64,000 bases of DNA, taken from assembly GCA_029548865.1 (NCBI GenBank), contig JAKPMO010000028.1, forward strand, positions 1 through 64,000, given 5' to 3'. Both the position numbers and the translations under genes were made by a program. Source of the stretch: Caldisericota bacterium (GTDB lineage: Bacteria; Caldisericota; Caldisericia; JAAYUI01). Below, in pieces: positions 39,167 through 48,625 of this stretch. The notes below the pieces were generated by a model. It was given only the letters and a program-made list of their open reading frames with translations. It did no database searches and was not told where the DNA came from. The stretch's first letter is position 1, and every line of letters begins with the position of its first letter.

Positions 39167-39517
39167 ATGGGCAACTATCTGTTTAGCGGATGCTCTTTCC
39201 GTGTCGAATGGCACTGGGAAGGCGAAGAAGAAGAAGAACACCACTACATCGAGGCGGAGATGGATTACCCTGGCGGCCCGAGAAGCAAGAATGTGCATCT
39301 GGATGCAAGCATACTCTCGATTGCGCTGAAAAATGGACTCGGGCTGGAAATGACAGGCACCAGGGACAACTACTCCACATTTGACATCAGCGAGAACATA
39401 GCAATCCATCCAAGCGTCTGGTACAACTGCCTTGTTGTGGATGGATCAGGCACTAAGAAGGTGCTTTGCACAAAGGTTTCGGCCATCAGGCATATTGGGG
39501 CTGATCTGGAGGGGTGA
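39167..39517 (+). CDS. Hypothetical protein
   Basis: AAGGAGG SD; 116 aa; GGAGGGGTGA/TCACCCCTCC hairpin over the stop (39508-39530). Confidence 0.65.
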   Translation: MGNYLFSGCSFRVEWHWEGEEEEEHHYIEAEMDYPGGPRSKNVHLDASILSIALKNGLGLEMTGTRDNYSTFDISENIAIHPSVWYNCLVVDGSGTKKVLCTKVSAIRHIGADLEG

Positions 39518-39750
39518 GGTTCACCCCTCCCTGAACAATTCCCATCAACACTTTAACATCAAACAATTATATTGCTGATCTAGTTTTTTCTGGTTCAGAA
39601 AGTGGCTTTAAATTTGAAATTTTTATTCATTCCACTTTTGAAAGTTATGCATATTATTTTTTGATAAATGTGAAAAATGCAATTTGTAAAGAAAATATAA
39701 TCAATATTACATATAGTAATAAGAACTAATATTACTTATGATAATTACAA

Positions 39751-40758
39751 TCAAATATTTTCACCTGTTATATCAATTGCCTCCGGTGGACGAGATATTC
39801 CGATTCTCATACCCTGAATCCTCTGGAGTTCATGGAGTGTTTGCAAAAGCTGACGGTTTAGGTGAGCTTCCAGTTTTACAACACTTTCAGAAATATATTG
39901 ATCAAAAAGGCATTGTTGGATTTTAACTTCCATTTCTTTACCTACCGATTCCGAAATAAGCTTGTATTCTTCAAAAAGTGATAACACAAGTTTGTGTCCA
40001 CTCTCATATAACTCTTTTTGTGTTTTACCAAATTGTTTTGCAATGATCGAGATAATTTCTTTAATCTGCTTTTTTGTTTTGGAGAAATTTTCATTAAAAA
40101 TATCTGGCCATAACTCTTTGACGTCAAAAAACTCAAGTGATGAGCAAGGGATTTTCTCGTGTTTTTCCCTCCGATTCAAATATTCAAAATCACAAAGAGT
40201 ATTTATGATTAAAAAGATTTTCTTTCCCTCAAGGGATCCGTCTTCTGGCAAGTCGTCGAATTCAACAAAAGATAACAATCTTTCAGAAATCTCCATCTCT
40301 TCATCACCGAATATTTCCAGTCTTGACTTACCTACATCAATTGCAAGATCTTCATTCGTGGAAGTACGCTCTTTCCAAGATACCCAGTCTTTCAAAATAT
40401 TGTCGACAACCCTAGAAAAATCCCATCTTATATGAGCATTTTCGTAACGCGCCAGTCTCCTGGTTTTCCAGATAATATTTGCAATTTTCTCAACCAGCAC
40501 AATCTCAAGAGTGCCATGTGGGCAAAGATCTTTCTTCAATTCTATGACAAGTTTATCATACTCCTTCTGGCTTTCATATATTGGCAAAACTGGGACTGAG
40601 GCCAAAATGCCATGTTTCAGGTTTGATGGGGGTAGAAATTTACTCCTCTGTGTTTTTGGCCCTGTGGATTTTCTGGCATTTTTTCTATTTGCTTCAAAAG
40701 CCTTTGGAGTCATTGTCTTTTCAAAGCTTTTTTTCTTGTTAATTTCCTGTTTCTTCAT
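39751..40758 (-). CDS. AT-rich hypothetical protein with an N-terminal ANRKNARKSTGPKT...KHG motif
   Basis: GGAGG SD; 335 aa; basic STGP/KHG motif; C-terminal EAHLNRQL...HELQRIQ. Confidence 0.75.
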   Translation of the reverse strand: MKKQEINKKKSFEKTMTPKAFEANRKNARKSTGPKTQRSKFLPPSNLKHGILASVPVLPIYESQKEYDKLVIELKKDLCPHGTLEIVLVEKIANIIWKTRRLARYENAHIRWDFSRVVDNILKDWVSWKERTSTNEDLAIDVGKSRLEIFGDEEMEISERLLSFVEFDDLPEDGSLEGKKIFLIINTLCDFEYLNRREKHEKIPCSSLEFFDVKELWPDIFNENFSKTKKQIKEIISIIAKQFGKTQKELYESGHKLVLSLFEEYKLISESVGKEMEVKIQQCLFDQYISESVVKLEAHLNRQLLQTLHELQRIQGMRIGISRPPEAIDITGENI

Positions 40759-41037
40759 TTCACACCTCCCAATATTATGTCTTTATAAACCATTTATTGC
40801 CATTGACAAAATATTGTATATACAGATGGGATGTTTTGCAACATTTATCACTTCTAGGGACAAAAAACGCAATTTTGTCAAGGTTTTCAAGTGATTTTGG
40901 TAATTCACCTCAATTTCTATAAGTGATAGGTATTAGAATTATGTTAACATTATTCAAAAAATCTTATATTTCAGCACTATCACAAAGCAAAAACTAATTG
41001 CTCCAGATAATGGCCTAGGTTGTATTGTTCCAAGTAA

Positions 41038-43719
41038 ATGATATCCTCTACCTTAAACAATAGGGGGTATGAGCAATTGAGAGAGAATGAAATCAAATTC
41101 GATCCTTTCGATGAAATACCAATAGAAAAAAGATGGTTTCCAGACCAGGAACAATTGAGCCAGAAAGAATATGATTGTCTTCTGCCTCCCCTTGTTGAGA
41201 AAATAAGAAGAGAAATCTACAAATGGAGGGGCCAAGTTTATAAGGGGGCCTCACAAACAACAAAATCGTTGCTTTGTCACTGGTTTTTGGAAACTGAAGG
41301 GCGGGAGCTGAGATACTTTTTTGCTCAAAGAGAGGCCGTTGAAACAATAATTTATCTCTATGAGATCATAAAGATAAGAGACAAATACGGCCTTGCTGCC
41401 TTTGATTCATCTGGAAAGCTCAAAGTAGAGGAATTTGAAGAAAACTGGACCCGTTATTGCATCAAAATGGCAACCGGCACAGGAAAAACAAAAGTTCTTT
41501 CGCTTCTTCTTGCCTGGTCTTATTTCCACAAACTTTATGAGCCAGGCTCGATGATGTCAAAAAACTTCCTTGTTGTTGCGCCAAATATAATTGTGCTGGA
41601 AAGGCTAAAAAGAGATTTTGACAATTTGTGCATTTTTAGAAATGACCCTGTGATACCAGAAAATGGCTACGATGGCAGAAACTGGAAAAGGGATTTTTGT
41701 CCCGAACTACACATACAGGATGACATTGGCCAGATTTCTCAAAACGGCAACATTTTTTTGACAAATATTCATCGAGTTTATATGAATGAAACCCTCCCAA
41801 CGAGAGAAACTTACTGGCTTGGCGAAAAGCCTGTCCCAAACGCTGACAGGAGTGGAGGGATGGATCTTGGCAAAATAATCAGATCAAAACAAATCCATGA
41901 TTTGGTGGTTTTCAACGACGAAGCCCACCACATACACAGCAAAAATCTTCAATGGTTCGAAGGAATCAGAGATATAAACAGTGGGCTGCTCCAGCGTACA
42001 GGAAAGGGTATTTCTGCCCAGATTGATCTGACTGCCACCCCAAAACACAATAACGGCGAAATATTCGCCCAGACTGTATCAGATTTTCCACTGGTCGAGG
42101 CGATCAAATGCAATATTGTTAAAAAACCTGTTCTGCCAGATAAAGAATCAAGAGACAAGCTGGATGTGAGGCAGTCTGATGATGCTGGTGAGAAATACAG
42201 CGATTTCATACATCTGGGCTACATTGAATGGAAAAAACATTTCGATAGTCTCAAAGGCAAGAAAACACCGGTCCTGTTTGTGATGGCCGAAGACACAAAA
42301 GAAGCTGAACAGATCGCCCTTCACCTAGAGAAAAATTATCAGGTAATGAAGAACAGGGTATTGGTTATTCACACAAACAAAACCGGCGAAATCGATGAAA
42401 AACGCAGCGAAAAAGAACTCCAGGTGTTGCGAAATGCAGCAAACAGTGTTGACAGTTCGAATTCACCATACCTCGCTGTTGTCTCGGTGATGGTGCTTCG
42501 CGAGGGCTGGGATGTCAGAAATGTCACTGCAATCGTTGGCCTCAGGCCGTTTAAGGCCAAATCCCAGATCCTTCCAGAACAGGCGATTGGCAGGGGTCTC
42601 AGAAAAATGTTCGACCTGCAGACTGTTGAGGAGCTTGTTGTTGTTGGCAACCCTCCCTTTATTGAATTTGTCGAGTCGCTCAAATCCGAAGGGGTCAGGC
42701 TTGGCTACAGGACAATGGGCGAGAAAAGCGATGAGACAGGCGCGCCACTCATCATCGAGCTGGACAGGGCAAACCTCGACAAGGACCTGGAAAAAATGGA
42801 CATAGTCCTCCCAAAGCTTGGAAGTAAATATCGCTGGGACCCTGAGTGCATATTTTCGATCGATGTTGATGCAATTGCATTCAAACCATTAAAACTCGAC
42901 GTGCTGATGAGAAATGACCCAAAAGAAATCCAGTTTATCGATATTTTGGGATCATGGCACCACAAGATTGAATTCAAGCCTGAACTTGTCAACTTTTCAA
43001 ATATTATTGGGTTTTTCACCTCTGCAATCCTGAAAGAGGCAAGGATGCCTTCAGGTTTCAACGAGCTGTATCCCAAAGTGGAGCATTTCGCAAAAAACAG
43101 GTTGTTTGGAAAAATAATGGAAATCGATGATCCGGTGTTTCTGATGAACTTCACAAGGCCGGAGGTCTCAAAAACAATATTTGACACGTTCAGGGCCGAG
43201 ATTGAAAGGTTGACACTCAAGCAGGTGGAAAACCCCAGAGTCGACCATGGAGGGCACTCCCAGCTTGATTTTGAGCCAATTGCCGTCTCAAGCCAGAGGT
43301 ATGTCAGGAGCAAAAAATGCCTGCAGAACATGGTCGTCGGAAACCAGCTTGAGCTTGAATTTGCCGCTTTCCTGGACAGGTGCCAGGACGTGGTTTCCTT
43401 TGCCAGAATATATGAAAGACGGAGCCGTTTCAGACTGGACTATGCCACAGAATCCGGCAAAATCCAGAACTATTATCCGGACTTTGTTGCAAAAACAAAA
43501 GACGGGTTTGTCTACATCGCTGAAACAAAGGGCATTGTTGACGAAGACGCAAAAAGGAAAAGGGCAAGGCTTGAGCAATGGTGCAAGGATGCAAACAAAT
43601 CTGCAGGCAAGGAATCCTACAGGTCACTCTTCATCAGGCAGGCTGAATGGGAAAAATTCAGGGAGACACTAAAAAAGATTGAGGAAGCCAACAAAATCTT
43701 TGGAAACATGGAGAACTAG
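41038..43719 (+). CDS. res: Type III restriction enzyme Res subunit (SF2 helicase + PD-(D/E)xK nuclease)
   Basis: FAQREAVET, MATGTGKT, DEAHH, TATP, LREGWDV, EQAIGRGLR, YYPDFV...ETKG. Confidence 0.92.
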   Translation: MISSTLNNRGYEQLRENEIKFDPFDEIPIEKRWFPDQEQLSQKEYDCLLPPLVEKIRREIYKWRGQVYKGASQTTKSLLCHWFLETEGRELRYFFAQREAVETIIYLYEIIKIRDKYGLAAFDSSGKLKVEEFEENWTRYCIKMATGTGKTKVLSLLLAWSYFHKLYEPGSMMSKNFLVVAPNIIVLERLKRDFDNLCIFRNDPVIPENGYDGRNWKRDFCPELHIQDDIGQISQNGNIFLTNIHRVYMNETLPTRETYWLGEKPVPNADRSGGMDLGKIIRSKQIHDLVVFNDEAHHIHSKNLQWFEGIRDINSGLLQRTGKGISAQIDLTATPKHNNGEIFAQTVSDFPLVEAIKCNIVKKPVLPDKESRDKLDVRQSDDAGEKYSDFIHLGYIEWKKHFDSLKGKKTPVLFVMAEDTKEAEQIALHLEKNYQVMKNRVLVIHTNKTGEIDEKRSEKELQVLRNAANSVDSSNSPYLAVVSVMVLREGWDVRNVTAIVGLRPFKAKSQILPEQAIGRGLRKMFDLQTVEELVVVGNPPFIEFVESLKSEGVRLGYRTMGEKSDETGAPLIIELDRANLDKDLEKMDIVLPKLGSKYRWDPECIFSIDVDAIAFKPLKLDVLMRNDPKEIQFIDILGSWHHKIEFKPELVNFSNIIGFFTSAILKEARMPSGFNELYPKVEHFAKNRLFGKIMEIDDPVFLMNFTRPEVSKTIFDTFRAEIERLTLKQVENPRVDHGGHSQLDFEPIAVSSQRYVRSKKCLQNMVVGNQLELEFAAFLDRCQDVVSFARIYERRSRFRLDYATESGKIQNYYPDFVAKTKDGFVYIAETKGIVDEDAKRKRARLEQWCKDANKSAGKESYRSLFIRQAEWEKFRETLKKIEEANKIFGNMEN

Positions 43720-43768
43720 AAAATGAACCTCTCGGAAAAAGAAAAACAGGAAATAATCGAACTGATAA
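43709..43768 (+). repeat. 60-bp direct repeat, copy 1 (res 3' end + mod-like 5' start)
   Basis: TGGAGAACTAGAAAATGAACCTCTCGGAAAAAGAAAAACAGGAAATAATCGAACTGATAA, identical to 45608-45667. Confidence 0.97.
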
Positions 43769-43839
43769 GACCGGGTAAAAACTGTATAAACAGCTATAGT
43801 TTGAAAAATCATCATCTTTCTCAATTCATAAACCTCTAG
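43723..43839 (+). pseudogene. Truncated 5' duplicate of mod (38 aa)
   Basis: MNLSEKEKQEIIELI matches the Mod N-terminus, then RPGK versus KQGK, then divergent sequence and a stop. Confidence 0.85.
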
Positions 43840-43920
43840 CATAGGCCCATAAAAGAACTAATCTCTTCTTTCATTTCGAAATAATTTTGATTAGAATCAA
43901 TATGGAAAGGAGGCCACTTA

Positions 43921-45066
43921 ATGAGCAAGGTGCTTGTAAAACAAAATATTTTATCTTGGGCCTTAAATCGCTCTGGAAAATCAAGGGAAGAGTTGAAAAA
44001 AGACTTCCCCAAAATCCAGCAATGGTTTGAAGGCAGTGAACAACCCACCGTAAAGCAACTGGAATCGTTTGCCAATAAGACATCAACACCTTTCGGTTTT
44101 TTCTTTCTTGATGAGCCTCCAAACGACATTATACCAATCCCTTATTTTAGGTCGCTCAGGAATGGCGTTCCAAAAAGCCCGAGCCCAGAACTTATTGAAA
44201 CTATTCAAACCATGCAAAGGCGCCAGTCTTGGTTGCGCGAATATCTGATCGAAGAAGATTTTGAGAAACTTGCATTTGTAAAATCTGTCAGCTTAAATGA
44301 TGACCCCGTCTTCATTGCAAACAAAATGAAGGAACAACTTGGGTTGGCAGCCAACTGGACCTCCAAATTGCACAACTGGGAAGAAGCACTTAATTTGCTA
44401 AGTGCTTCCATAGAAAATACTGGAACAATAGTTGCCGTCAATGGTATTGTTGGCAATAATACACATCGCAAGTTGCAGGTCGATGAATTCAGGGGTTTTG
44501 TATTGGTGGACGATTATGCTCCTCTAATTTTTGTCAACAATTCCGATAGCAAAGCAGCGCAGATGTTTACTTTGGCCCATGAACTGGCCCATGTTTTTCT
44601 TGGCAGCAGTGCAGCATTCGATTTACGCGAAATGCAGCCAGCGGATGAACCTTCAGAACAAATATGCAATAAGGCTGCTGCAGAATTTCTGGTGCCCCAT
44701 CAGGAGCTGCACAAAATATGGAACTCAATAAAAAAGAGTAATAACCCTCCTTTCCAGGAAATTGCAAAACACTTCAAAGTGAGCGAGCTTGTTGTTGCAA
44801 GGAGAACACTAGATTTGGGGTTGACAACAAAAAAAGAATTTTTTGATTTTTATAATGATTATATAACCAAAAATAAACAAAAACCAAAACAATCGGGGGG
44901 AGACTACTACTCAAGCCAGAGCGGTCGTATTGGCCGCAAATTTGCCCAAATTATTGATAGGGCAGTAGGGGAGGGGAAATTGCTCTATTCTGAAGCCTAC
45001 AGATTAACGGGGGTTTATGGAAGTACTTATGAGAAATATATGATGTTGGTCAGAGACTCCCGGTAA
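43921..45066 (+). CDS. HTH + ImmA/IrrE-family (DUF955/COG2856) Zn metallopeptidase
   Basis: AAAGGAGG SD; N-terminal HTH-like (QWFEG..QPTVKQL); FTLAHELAH HExxH; E..CNKAAAEFLVP. Confidence 0.92.
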   Translation: MSKVLVKQNILSWALNRSGKSREELKKDFPKIQQWFEGSEQPTVKQLESFANKTSTPFGFFFLDEPPNDIIPIPYFRSLRNGVPKSPSPELIETIQTMQRRQSWLREYLIEEDFEKLAFVKSVSLNDDPVFIANKMKEQLGLAANWTSKLHNWEEALNLLSASIENTGTIVAVNGIVGNNTHRKLQVDEFRGFVLVDDYAPLIFVNNSDSKAAQMFTLAHELAHVFLGSSAAFDLREMQPADEPSEQICNKAAAEFLVPHQELHKIWNSIKKSNNPPFQEIAKHFKVSELVVARRTLDLGLTTKKEFFDFYNDYITKNKQKPKQSGGDYYSSQSGRIGRKFAQIIDRAVGEGKLLYSEAYRLTGVYGSTYEKYMMLVRDSR

Positions 45067-45069
45067 TTA

Positions 45070-45576
45070 ATGGTCACTCAACCTTTTCTTCTTGACTCTT
45101 GTGTATTTATCGAGGCTGCAAAACGTTATTACGCATTTGATTTGGCCCCCGGGTTTTGGGACAAGTTGATGGCACATGCAAAAAATGGAGACCTTTTCAG
45201 TATTGACCGTGTAAAAAAGGAGCTAGAAAAAGGCCGTGATGAGCTTGCTTCATGGGCAAAAAAAGATTTTTCATTTGCTTTTGCCTCGACTAATAATCAA
45301 GAAATCATAAACCAGTACTCATTACTAATGAACTGGGCAAATTTAAATAAGCAATATAGGCCTGAAGCCAAAACTGAATTTGCTGATGATGAAAATGCAG
45401 ATGCCTGGCTTTTGGCTTATGCAAAGGCAAAAAATATAACAATTGTTACAGAAGAACAACTGAGTTTGGGTGCAAAAAGAAAAATTCCTATCCCAAATGT
45501 CTGCAAAGAATTTGGAATCCCATATATAAATACATTCGGAGTGCTGAGGAAACTTGGCGTGAAATTGGTAGTTTAG
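45070..45576 (+). CDS. DUF4411-family PIN-domain protein
   Basis: LLDSCVFIEA..YY, ADAWLLAYA, IVTEE, IPNVC; typical partner of IrrE-like genes. Confidence 0.88.
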   Translation: MVTQPFLLDSCVFIEAAKRYYAFDLAPGFWDKLMAHAKNGDLFSIDRVKKELEKGRDELASWAKKDFSFAFASTNNQEIINQYSLLMNWANLNKQYRPEAKTEFADDENADAWLLAYAKAKNITIVTEEQLSLGAKRKIPIPNVCKEFGIPYINTFGVLRKLGVKLVV

Positions 45577-45607
45577 AACAAGAACCCAAAAATTGCATCA
45601 CTCGAAC

Positions 45608-45667
45608 TGGAGAACTAGAAAATGAACCTCTCGGAAAAAGAAAAACAGGAAATAATCGAACTGATAA
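45608..45667 (+). repeat. 60-bp direct repeat, copy 2 (contains the functional mod start)
   Basis: Identical to 43709-43768. Confidence 0.97.
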
Positions 45668-47862
45668 AACAGGGAAAACCGCTCCCGAAAGAATACATCT
45701 ACAAGCTCACGGAAAACGAGGAGGACGTTCACCTGTTCTGGAACGGCAAAACCACAGATGTCACAAATGTTGCCCTGCCGTTCCACTCGATAGAGCAGAT
45801 CGACGAGCCAAGGGGCGATGTCCAGGCCCCGATGTCGCTCTTTTCGGTTGACCCTTCGTCAAAAAGGCAGTCTGGCGGCTGGTCAAACAAGCTCGTCTGG
45901 GGCGACAACAAGCTGGTGCTCAGTTCCCTGCTCAACGGCCCGATGAGGGAGGAGATAGAAAAGGCGGGCGGGTTGAAGCTCATCTACATTGACCCTCCAT
46001 TTGCTGTTGGCGCCGATTTTGGTTACGACATTTCCGTTGGCGATGACAGCGTGACAAAGAGGCAGTCGGTCATCGAGGAGATCGCCTACCGCGACACCTG
46101 GGGAAAAGGCCTGTCAAGCTACCTGACCATGATGTACGAGCGCCTCAAACTCATGAGAGACCTGCTCTCGGACGACGGGTCGATTTATGTGCACTGCGAC
46201 TGGAGGGTCAATAGCGCTTTGAGATTGGTGCTGGATGAGATTTTTGGAGTTGATAATTTTATCAATGAAATCGCATGGAATAAAATAAAATCTGTAAAAG
46301 CACAAACGCTGGGGTTTGGAAATGTTAGAGACACAATATTTTTTTATAAAAAAGGAAAACCGTTTTTTAATCAAATTAGGATACCACATAAGCAAGAATA
46401 CTTAGACACAATGTATAGATATAAAGAAAAAGACGGCAGGATTTATAGATTACATGATTTCACTCAAGAAGGGCAAGGAACACCAAAAAGATTTGGTGAT
46501 GATACATTAACACCACCAGTTGGAAAACATTGGATCTGGTCGCAGGATAAAATAGATGAAGGTATAAAACTTGGACTTATCGTCTTCTCAAAAAATGGCA
46601 TTCCGCAAGTCAAAAGATATTTAGATAATGTACAAGGGGAAGCTGTATCTGATATTTGGGTTGATATTTCCCCTATAGGGTCAGTTGCTACAGAACGAGT
46701 TGATTATCCCACTCAAAAACCCGAAGCCTTGCTCGAGCGCATCATCAAAGCCAGCTCTAACGAAGGTGACCTTGTTGCCGACTTTTTCTGTGGCTCAGGC
46801 ACAACGCCTGCAGTTGCAGAAAAACTTGGCAGGAAATGGATCGCCTGCGATTTGGGACGCTTTGCAATCCACACCACAAGAAAGCGCCTGATCGGTGTCC
46901 AGAGGGAACTGAAAAAGCAGGACAAGCCATACCGCTCCTTTGAAATACTGAACCTTGGCAAATACGAGCGCCAGCACTTCTTCAACATCCCGCCAGACCT
47001 GCCAGAGGAGGAGCAGGACAAGCTGGTGGAGCGCAACAGGCAGGATTTTGTCTCCCTTATCCTTGAGGCGTACAGCGCCCAGCCAGTTGAGGGCTTCAGG
47101 GCGCTCCACGGCAGGAAGGGCAACCGCATGGTGCATGTCGGCCCGCTCAGGGTACCGGTCACAAAATCGCTTGCGCAGGAAATTTTCTACGAATGCGTTG
47201 AAAACGACATTACAAACGTGGATGTGCTTGGCTTTGAATTCGAGATGGGCCTTGTTCCGGAGACCGCCCAGGAGTTTTACCAGGACAAAGGTGTACAGAT
47301 GAATTTCAAATACATCCCGACCGAGGTCTTTGACGAGAGGGCTGTAAAAAAAGGGCAGGTCAAATTTTATGACGCCGCATACATCGAGGCAAAACCAAAA
47401 GTGGAGGGCAAAAAGGTCACCATCACGCTGGCCAATTTTGCCACCTCATACACACAGGACGACCTTGCCATGGTTGAGGAAGGATTGAGAAAGGGAAAGT
47501 CCCAGGTGATAATCGAGAACGGCACAATCAAGAGGGTCTCAAAGGACGAGAATGGCATTTGCTCCCCACCGGAGATACTCACAAAATCGTGGAAAGACTG
47601 GATTGACTACTGGGCAGTTGATTTTGACTATGGCAGCAAAAGAGAAATCATCAGGATCGGCAAAAACGGGGACGCAAAAGAAGTCTGGACCGGCAATTAC
47701 ATTTTTGAGAACGAGTGGCAATCTTTCAGGACAAAGAATGGCGAGCTGGAATTTTTGTCAGAGCACACCTACAAAGAGCCAGGAAAATACAGGATTATGG
47801 TCAAAGTGGTTGATATATTGCATGTTGACACCTCGCTTGTGCTTGAGGTGGAGGTGAAATAG
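45622..47862 (+). CDS. mod: Type III R-M Mod subunit (beta-class amino-methyltransferase)
   Basis: WGDNK, IYIDPPF (motif IV), YPTQKPE.LLERII, DFFCGSGTT (motif I), WIDYWAVDF C-terminal extension. Confidence 0.93.
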   Translation: MNLSEKEKQEIIELIKQGKPLPKEYIYKLTENEEDVHLFWNGKTTDVTNVALPFHSIEQIDEPRGDVQAPMSLFSVDPSSKRQSGGWSNKLVWGDNKLVLSSLLNGPMREEIEKAGGLKLIYIDPPFAVGADFGYDISVGDDSVTKRQSVIEEIAYRDTWGKGLSSYLTMMYERLKLMRDLLSDDGSIYVHCDWRVNSALRLVLDEIFGVDNFINEIAWNKIKSVKAQTLGFGNVRDTIFFYKKGKPFFNQIRIPHKQEYLDTMYRYKEKDGRIYRLHDFTQEGQGTPKRFGDDTLTPPVGKHWIWSQDKIDEGIKLGLIVFSKNGIPQVKRYLDNVQGEAVSDIWVDISPIGSVATERVDYPTQKPEALLERIIKASSNEGDLVADFFCGSGTTPAVAEKLGRKWIACDLGRFAIHTTRKRLIGVQRELKKQDKPYRSFEILNLGKYERQHFFNIPPDLPEEEQDKLVERNRQDFVSLILEAYSAQPVEGFRALHGRKGNRMVHVGPLRVPVTKSLAQEIFYECVENDITNVDVLGFEFEMGLVPETAQEFYQDKGVQMNFKYIPTEVFDERAVKKGQVKFYDAAYIEAKPKVEGKKVTITLANFATSYTQDDLAMVEEGLRKGKSQVIIENGTIKRVSKDENGICSPPEILTKSWKDWIDYWAVDFDYGSKREIIRIGKNGDAKEVWTGNYIFENEWQSFRTKNGELEFLSEHTYKEPGKYRIMVKVVDILHVDTSLVLEVEVK

Positions 47863-47879
47863 TTTCTGGAGGAGGTTTC

Positions 47880-48548
47880 ATGAACAGCAAAACTTTTTTG
47901 GCCATTCTGGCCACAAACATCATTTTGACAGGATTGCTCTTCATTGCCCTGCCCAGGGGTGATTGGGGCGTCTTTGGTGCAAGAGAAGAAACCGGAGCTC
48001 TGGAACAACCCAGTCAATTGCAAAATATTGAAGTGTTCACAGAGGAGAACTCATTTGCCGAACTGGAGAAATTGATCAAGGGAGCAAAAAAACGAATCTG
48101 GATCGAGATGTATGAGCTAACAGACAACATTTATAAAGGCAATATACAAAAACCAAGCATCATCAATCTTCTTCAAAGTACAAAGAAAGACCTGCAAATA
48201 AGCATTATTGTTGATCTGCAGCAGGAGAGGGGGAGCACTGCAATAAGCAAATCCCCAAAAAATCTTACTGTACTAAAAAATTTCGAAAAAGAGTTTGAGA
48301 AAAACAAGAAGAAAGAAATAAGGTGGTTCAAAAGCAACAGGCACTTCCACAGAAAAGTGTGCATCATTGATGACGACAAATTGTGGATTGGATCATCAAA
48401 CTTCACTTATTCCGGAATAAATCCTGCCTGCGATAAACCAAATCTTGAAATGAACGTGAGAATCATTGACAAAAACATTGTGGAAAAGGTTGCCAAGAAA
48501 ATACAGCAGGACTGGAACAACCAGTCGCTTTTGCAAAAAGAATTTTAA
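47880..48548 (+). CDS. Single-HKD phospholipase D/Nuc-like protein with N-terminal anchor
   Basis: GGAGGAGG SD; HRKVCIID...IGSSNFT; hydrophobic N-terminus. Confidence 0.85.
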   Translation: MNSKTFLAILATNIILTGLLFIALPRGDWGVFGAREETGALEQPSQLQNIEVFTEENSFAELEKLIKGAKKRIWIEMYELTDNIYKGNIQKPSIINLLQSTKKDLQISIIVDLQQERGSTAISKSPKNLTVLKNFEKEFEKNKKKEIRWFKSNRHFHRKVCIIDDDKLWIGSSNFTYSGINPACDKPNLEMNVRIIDKNIVEKVAKKIQQDWNNQSLLQKEF

Positions 48549-48625
48549 ATGATTGCTCCATCCCATCAGAATGAAAGAGATTAGAGCCTGAGGAACACCA
48601 TTAACCGGCCTGGTTCACCAACTCT

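Noticed and set aside
45622..47862. Phase-variable mod (phasevarion)
   Set aside because: No simple-sequence repeat tract; only short A/T runs, and the frame is intact.
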